DNA of 63,455 nt, filler included, from Bipalium vagum (taxonomy: Eukaryota): NCBI GenBank assembly GCA_037834085.1. It is 3 parts of 3 records of this genome, joined end to end, with 100 filler letters (N's around TTAATTAATTAA, not from the genome) between each part and the next. Parts side by side here need not be neighbours in the genome. Positions count along the whole stretch, not along the records: positions 47,186 to 63,455 come from JBBMKC010119519.1; 2 more parts are not named here. The stretch is one strand, 5' to 3'. Each line of letters starts with the position of its first letter. The stretch's first letter is position 1. Position numbers and translations under genes: made by a program. The notes under the pieces are model-generated. The model had not been told where the DNA came from. It saw only the letters and a list, made by a program, of their open reading frames with translations, and did not search any database. This document shows, piece by piece, positions 57,748 through 63,455 of the stretch.

Positions 57748-60700
57748 ATGACAAATGAAATTGAACCCCACATATTAGAAAAATATGAGATCAAAAAGCG
57801 ATTAGGAAAAGGAGTAAGTTTATCATAGACCCGATTAAGATTTTATAAAACAACACCGTTTTAAATTGACAGGCTTATGGAATTGTTTGGAAGGTAATTG
57901 ATAAAAAAACACAAGAAGTGGTTGCATTAAAGAAGATTTTTGACGCATTCAGAAATAAGACCGATGCTCAGGTAATGATAAAAAGTTACCGCCCCACTTA
58001 AATGTTTTCACTAATTTAGAGAACATTTCGAGAAATTGCCTTTCTGAAACAGTTCCATGGACATCCTAACATCATCAAATTGTATAATGTCCTAAAAGCA
58101 GAAAACGATAAAGATATTTATTTGACTTTCGAATTTATGGGTAATTCTTCAGATTTTAATATTTTTATCACCTTATTTCAATTATGAATTTTCTGGGAAA
58201 TCTAATATTTAATTGATTTCTCTTAATTATTCTGTTTTCAAAAATTTATTTTATCCACATTGCTTATAAAATTATTTTATTTAAGAGTAAAGTTGCGCCA
58301 TTAAACCCAATTGTTAAAAATATAATTAAAATACCTTTAAACATGAATTTTTTTAAAGACCTTCTCAAAAGTTGAAAATCCGTCTTACAACTGAGACACC
58401 AATTAAAATAACCCTAGACTTATTAAACAATCCAAAATATGAATTTTCGTAAGAAAATCTTTTTCATATATATACTTATGTAGGTTTATCCCTTAATATA
58501 TGGTCGCCCAAATTTGAAATAAGACCACAATGTTTATCAAATCTTTACTGTACCAAAAACAGAGCTGATAATATTTAATTTTGGTAAACAATTTTTTTAT
58601 TTTCTTTGATCTTTTGGAAAATCAAGTGTCATTTAATATATAATTATATACAATTGTCTTATTTCAGTATTGTGTATTTTAATTTTTAAAAAAGTTCTCC
58701 TAATAAGAGATATTCGAGAAAAATTGTTCCCGTCTTTTTCGTTAATTGATTATTATTTATTGTAAAGTGTAAAATGAGATAAGACGGCCTTCACTCTTTA
58801 CCTGTGTAACATAGATGAAGCGAGCGAGAAAGTAGTGGAGCTGAAATCATTTTATGTTAATGAATTTATCATTGATAAATGATCATGGTTTGTACCGTGC
58901 TTCCTTAACATGTTAAATTATTCCAAAATAATTCGGAATAAATTATTTTCCATTGTTATTCAGCATTCAGAGTTATTAAAAGTATCTAACATGTTTTTAT
59001 TTAATGATAAAACTGGTTTTATTTTTTGATTTAATTGAAAATGGATTTTGGGGAAATTTAAAAGAATTATAAATCGTGTATTATTATTTAAGATCACTAG
59101 CAACAGTTAATAATTAATCTTGATAATGATTGATATAATGATCTGCTGGAGAGTCAGGTGAATCCATTCAAAATCGTTTTAATATGAATCGCTCGAAAAA
59201 TTATGCAGTTCCTGCAACATAATATCTTATCTAATTTCAAGAAGGTCTTTTTATTCCAATGACTGTTAATGTAATGGTCATTTCGTGACTTCCTTTTGAT
59301 TGACTATCGACTAACGTTACTGTTCATATTAAATGATTTTTGTTATGATTAAAAGGAATATGTAACCTTTCGATAAGGTGACTTTTTAAGAAATTTATCT
59401 CATTCATATTTAATTAAATATTCTTTAAGAATTCTGTCTTATCATTATTATTATTATTATTTTATTTTTTTTATTATTATTTTTATTATTATTTAAGGTT
59501 TGTCTTAAAGAATATTTTAAAAAGTTTTTATTTCTTAGTTCATTTCATTTTGATTAATGTAATTTCGTAAAAATCGACTTTAAAAATATTTATGAATATG
59601 TGAAACAATCATTGACTTTTTACTAAATTTGTGAAAGATAGAGAATTTGATTTACTTTTTGATTTCTTCAAATTGATTAAGATTGAAAAATCAAATTTTT
59701 CAACATTTCCGAAATTTTAACTTAAAATGAAATTGAAACTTAACGATGAGTTCGAGGTTTTACCTAATGAAACTATATTTATTTTTTTAATTTCAGAAAC
59801 GGATTTACATAACGTAATTAAACGTGGTAATATTCTGAAAGATGTACACAAACAATACATCATGTATCAACTATTGAAAGCAACAAAATATTTGCATTCT
59901 GCCAATGTTATTCATCGGGATCAGAAGGTTTTTATTGATTCCAATTATTCAATTATATTTTTTGAACTATTCCTTTATGCAGCCTTCAAATGTGTTATTG
60001 GATAGTGATTGTTTTGTAAAACTGTGCGACTTTGGGCTGGCCCGTTCGTTATCTGAACGGGACTCGGTAAATCCTAATCAAAATTTACCCCCACTAACGG
60101 AGTACGTTGCCACTCGCTGGTATCGAGCTCCAGAAATTCTCATGGCTTCCCACAGATATACGAAAGGTGTAGACATGTGGAGTCTGGGCTGTATTCTTGG
60201 TGAAATGATTTTGGGCAAAGCTTTGTTTCCCGGTAAATCAACAATGAATCAGATCGATTTAATTATGACATATATACCGAAACCCGATAAAGAAGGTTGG
60301 GAATTTTTTATTAATATTGGTTTTATCATATTATGACATTATATATTCTGTATCTCTTTTTGAACATCAGAAGGCCTAATATTTCTAAACAATAATTGAA
60401 ATAATTTTATCATTGTCTATGAAATGAGTTATCTTCATTCTAAGAAGCTCGTTTTTGATGATGAATTTTTTAATTGATGTCAAATACTGATTGATTTTTC
60501 ATTTAAAGTGGCTTAGTATATTTTATAAAAAATTTACATCATATTTGACGGGTATAGAAGATGATCCAGTAAAAACTCAGCTAACGATGACCCTGTTTTG
60601 TAATGTGATATATTTGAAGATATCTTTAGATTATATATAACATGTTAAATTCTAATTAAATAATTATCATCAATCAATAATTTTCTCAAAATATCTCTTA

Positions 60701-62790
60701 ATGAAATCAATATTGAAAAAAGACATGATTTATTATCAATATTCAGACATCGAAACAATGCTGAAGGTTTATCGAGCAACAATGGTTACAAAAGTCAATA
60801 CAAGGTTAAAATTGCTCTTTTCATCAATAATTTCCAGATATTTTTTATTGTTTATTAAACTTTTTCTTTTTCAGACCTCGGAGGACACTTGAAGAGCTGA
60901 TTCCCAATGCTGATCCTAGTGCCATGGATTTGATAATTAAACTGTTACAATTTAATCCCGATAAACGTTGCACGATTGAAGAAGCACTGTCTCATCAATA
61001 CGTCAAAAGGTTAACGAAATTGTTTACACATTTGTTATGGAATTTATTTGAAAATACAGATTTCATAATACTGCTGAGGAGATATCAATGGGACATGATA
61101 TCATTCCACCTGTTGACGATGATATTCAATTATCTGTTGAAGAATACCGTTCTAAATTGTACAAAGTAAATTTTGTGGATTTTTGATATATAGAAACATA
61201 TCATTGAGTTCTGGATAATCTTTTCTTTACTACTTTGTATAATGACAAAAAACTTTAATAATATCTACCCATGCAAAACTATATTTTGTTAATGAAAAAT
61301 ATTATTTTAACCAGGAATTTCAAAATATAGAAAAACTAAGCTTAAAGATTAAATCTTAATCATAATAATTTTATGGAATTTATTATCCGATTGTTTATTA
61401 ATAAATATTCCTTTTAAGTGATTTTTCAAATCAATTTGGTGAAAAATATTTGTTCTATGCTTTTTTCAAATATTTTTTATGTAACATTTTTCGAAGTAAA
61501 GTCATGTAACTTTATTTCTAATTTATTAAGATCATTTCATATTTTATGTTAAAATATTATAATATTGATTTTATTGATACTGAACATTTTAAAAAAATTT
61601 TATTGAATAAATTAATCAATCATTGATTTATATTGAATTCTGCTACATTATTAATACTCCTAGTTGCATCTTCATTTCTATGACTGATTTAAGCATTGAT
61701 CTAAAATCTCGTCTTGACATCATCCTGGTTGCTGAATTTATTCACCATAATCAACGAAAATAAAAATTATTTATTTTGTTAAAAATTTACAATGGCCCCA
61801 TTAAAATTTTTCCTGACTCTTTCAAAGGTTTAACATTAAAATGATCGTTTAATTGTCTTGCAAATTAATATTGTCAACATTTTTTTTGTATAATAATTTT
61901 AAATAAGAAAAATTGAGTAAAAAATATCGGTACCACCTGATATCGTTAAATCAAACTTACCTTTTCACAGAATTATAATATTAAATTATTGAATATTTCC
62001 ATTTTGTGCCAAAAAAATAAGTTACCGGGGTTGCATCGATAATTCACGTAACTTAATTGATAGTCAATTTTTAATTAAATTCTATGAGAACATTATACAT
62101 TATATTTTATTCGGAATTAAATCTTTGAATTTTTGTTACTTTAGTAATGCAAAATTTCTAGTTGTGGATGGTCGAGTAATTTGTGTGTATATTAGTTACT
62201 GCAAAATTATTGGTACTGTCGATATTATTAAGATTCATAATTCATATTTAGTCTTATTGCTTAATTTACGATATATTGTTTGATAAGTTTGCTATGTGAT
62301 ATCCCTTAAAATTTAAAAATAATGTTTTATTAAAAATTAATAATGAAATTACTTTATTATTTTTTAAAACTTTATAAACTCATTTAAAAAATTCTTTTTA
62401 TTTGATGTTTTTAATTTTTAAATTTTTTTTTTAAATGTTACGGTTTACTAAAGAACCGTTTCGATTTCTCTAGTTTTAGAAAAATCTAATATTATTATAA
62501 TTAATTTTGTGCAATAAATTGACAGAAATTTAGCATGATTTCATTTATTTCAGTTCATTATGCAAAACAAAGCCCAAAAGAAAGCTAGAAAAAGAGCGTC
62601 TGCCAAAAATCAAGCCGCTGATCCTGACATCATGGAATGTACTTCGTCAACATATATACAATCGAGACCGAGCTCTAATTCCGTTCAAAACTCATCAGCG
62701 ACCGGCAACAGAAAGGTTGGAGACCATCAGACAAATCATGATTTTATGATGGAACCTGAAATGCACAAAGCAAACAAAGATTACGGCCAG
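57748..62790 (+). CDS. MAPK15: Mitogen-activated protein kinase 15 (ERK7/ERK8), at least 9 exons, probably continuing beyond the window
   Basis: Exons 57748-57813, 57873-57971, 58020-58140, 59797-59927, 59983-60295, 60747-60804, 60875-61009, 61060-61165, 62554-62790. [34 protein letters not shown], the MAPK15-typical [19 protein letters not shown] activation loop ([14 protein letters not shown]), [12 protein letters not shown]. Confidence 0.96.
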
Positions 62791-63378
62791 GTTGGAATTT
62801 TTGATATGGAATTGTAAAATAGATAAAATAAAGTCAAACACAAAATCGATTAATATTAGAGTTCGGAAGCTGTCATATATGTTCTAAAAGTAATGCTTAT
62901 TTTATTTGACTGAATGTTACTATTGAGATATTCTGACCACACAATTAGATCTTAAATTGTCAGATACTGACTTTTTCCTTTTAATCTTTAATCTTTATGA
63001 AGTAAGGTCTCAAAAGATTTTGTGTTTAGAGAATTTTAAAAATATTCTTCCGTCCCGGCTTGCTAAATCTATTTAGTTTTATTATCGCTTTTCACAATGC
63101 TGCAAACATATTTTTCTCTTATCTTCGATTGAATAATTAAGATCTACTTCGTCTTTTTTTTAGATAGATATATGCTTTATTCCGAAAAGTTTACCTCCTA
63201 ATGTGAATGTGAGATTCAATGAAGAAAGGTTTATGATTCTATTCCCATCAATCTTTAATCTTTATTAAACCATGTAATATATTGACCGTAAGGTTAGGTC
63301 TACAAGTCAAAAAAGTTCTTTAAATTTTAAAATGTATACAAAGAATATATCAAGAAATATCTTTTAAGAAATCAATAA

Positions 63379-63433
<55 letters not shown>

Positions 63434-63455
63434 TTATTATTATTATTATTATTAT
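63379..63455. repeat. (ATT)n microsatellite at window end
   Basis: Near-perfect trinucleotide run. Confidence 0.95.

Noticed and set aside
59912-59927. HRDQK instead of HRDLK in the kinase catalytic loop
   Set aside because: HRDQKPSN also occurs in human MAPK15; not a pseudokinase signal.

Overview
Very AT-rich, intron-containing animal (invertebrate) genomic DNA from a draft scaffold with three N gaps. The 42-80 nt introns, (AAT)n tracts and dense mariner debris are planarian/flatworm-like, but that assignment is inference only. Manual splicing gives three clearly recognisable + strand genes: AGAP/centaurin-gamma (14 exons, 8728-16062), homogentisate 1,2-dioxygenase HGD (8 exons, 50982-54102) and MAPK15/ERK7 (at least 9 exons from 57748, probably running off the window). 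Three coding units are missed or misread by the ORF track: (1) a divergent RGK-like small GTPase on the - strand (21648-26608, P-loop exon not found); (2) a gene starting with a KASH5/LRMP-type EF-hand-like domain (37642-37972, plus tentative small exons to about 42840); (3) a 42-bp tandem array whose likely coding frame is on the + strand, (DHSSEGYHQSSEDP)x17.5, not the antisense ORF in the track. Intergenic and intronic space holds decayed mariner, Tc1, rosa-like, pogo/Tigger and Merlin transposons, Gypsy integrase and gag relics, a NeSL/Utopia-like endonuclease fragment, a MADE1-like mini-hairpin, a degenerate tRNA-Ala, and a dispersed LTR-like repeat carrying a conserved two-stem RNA-like motif.
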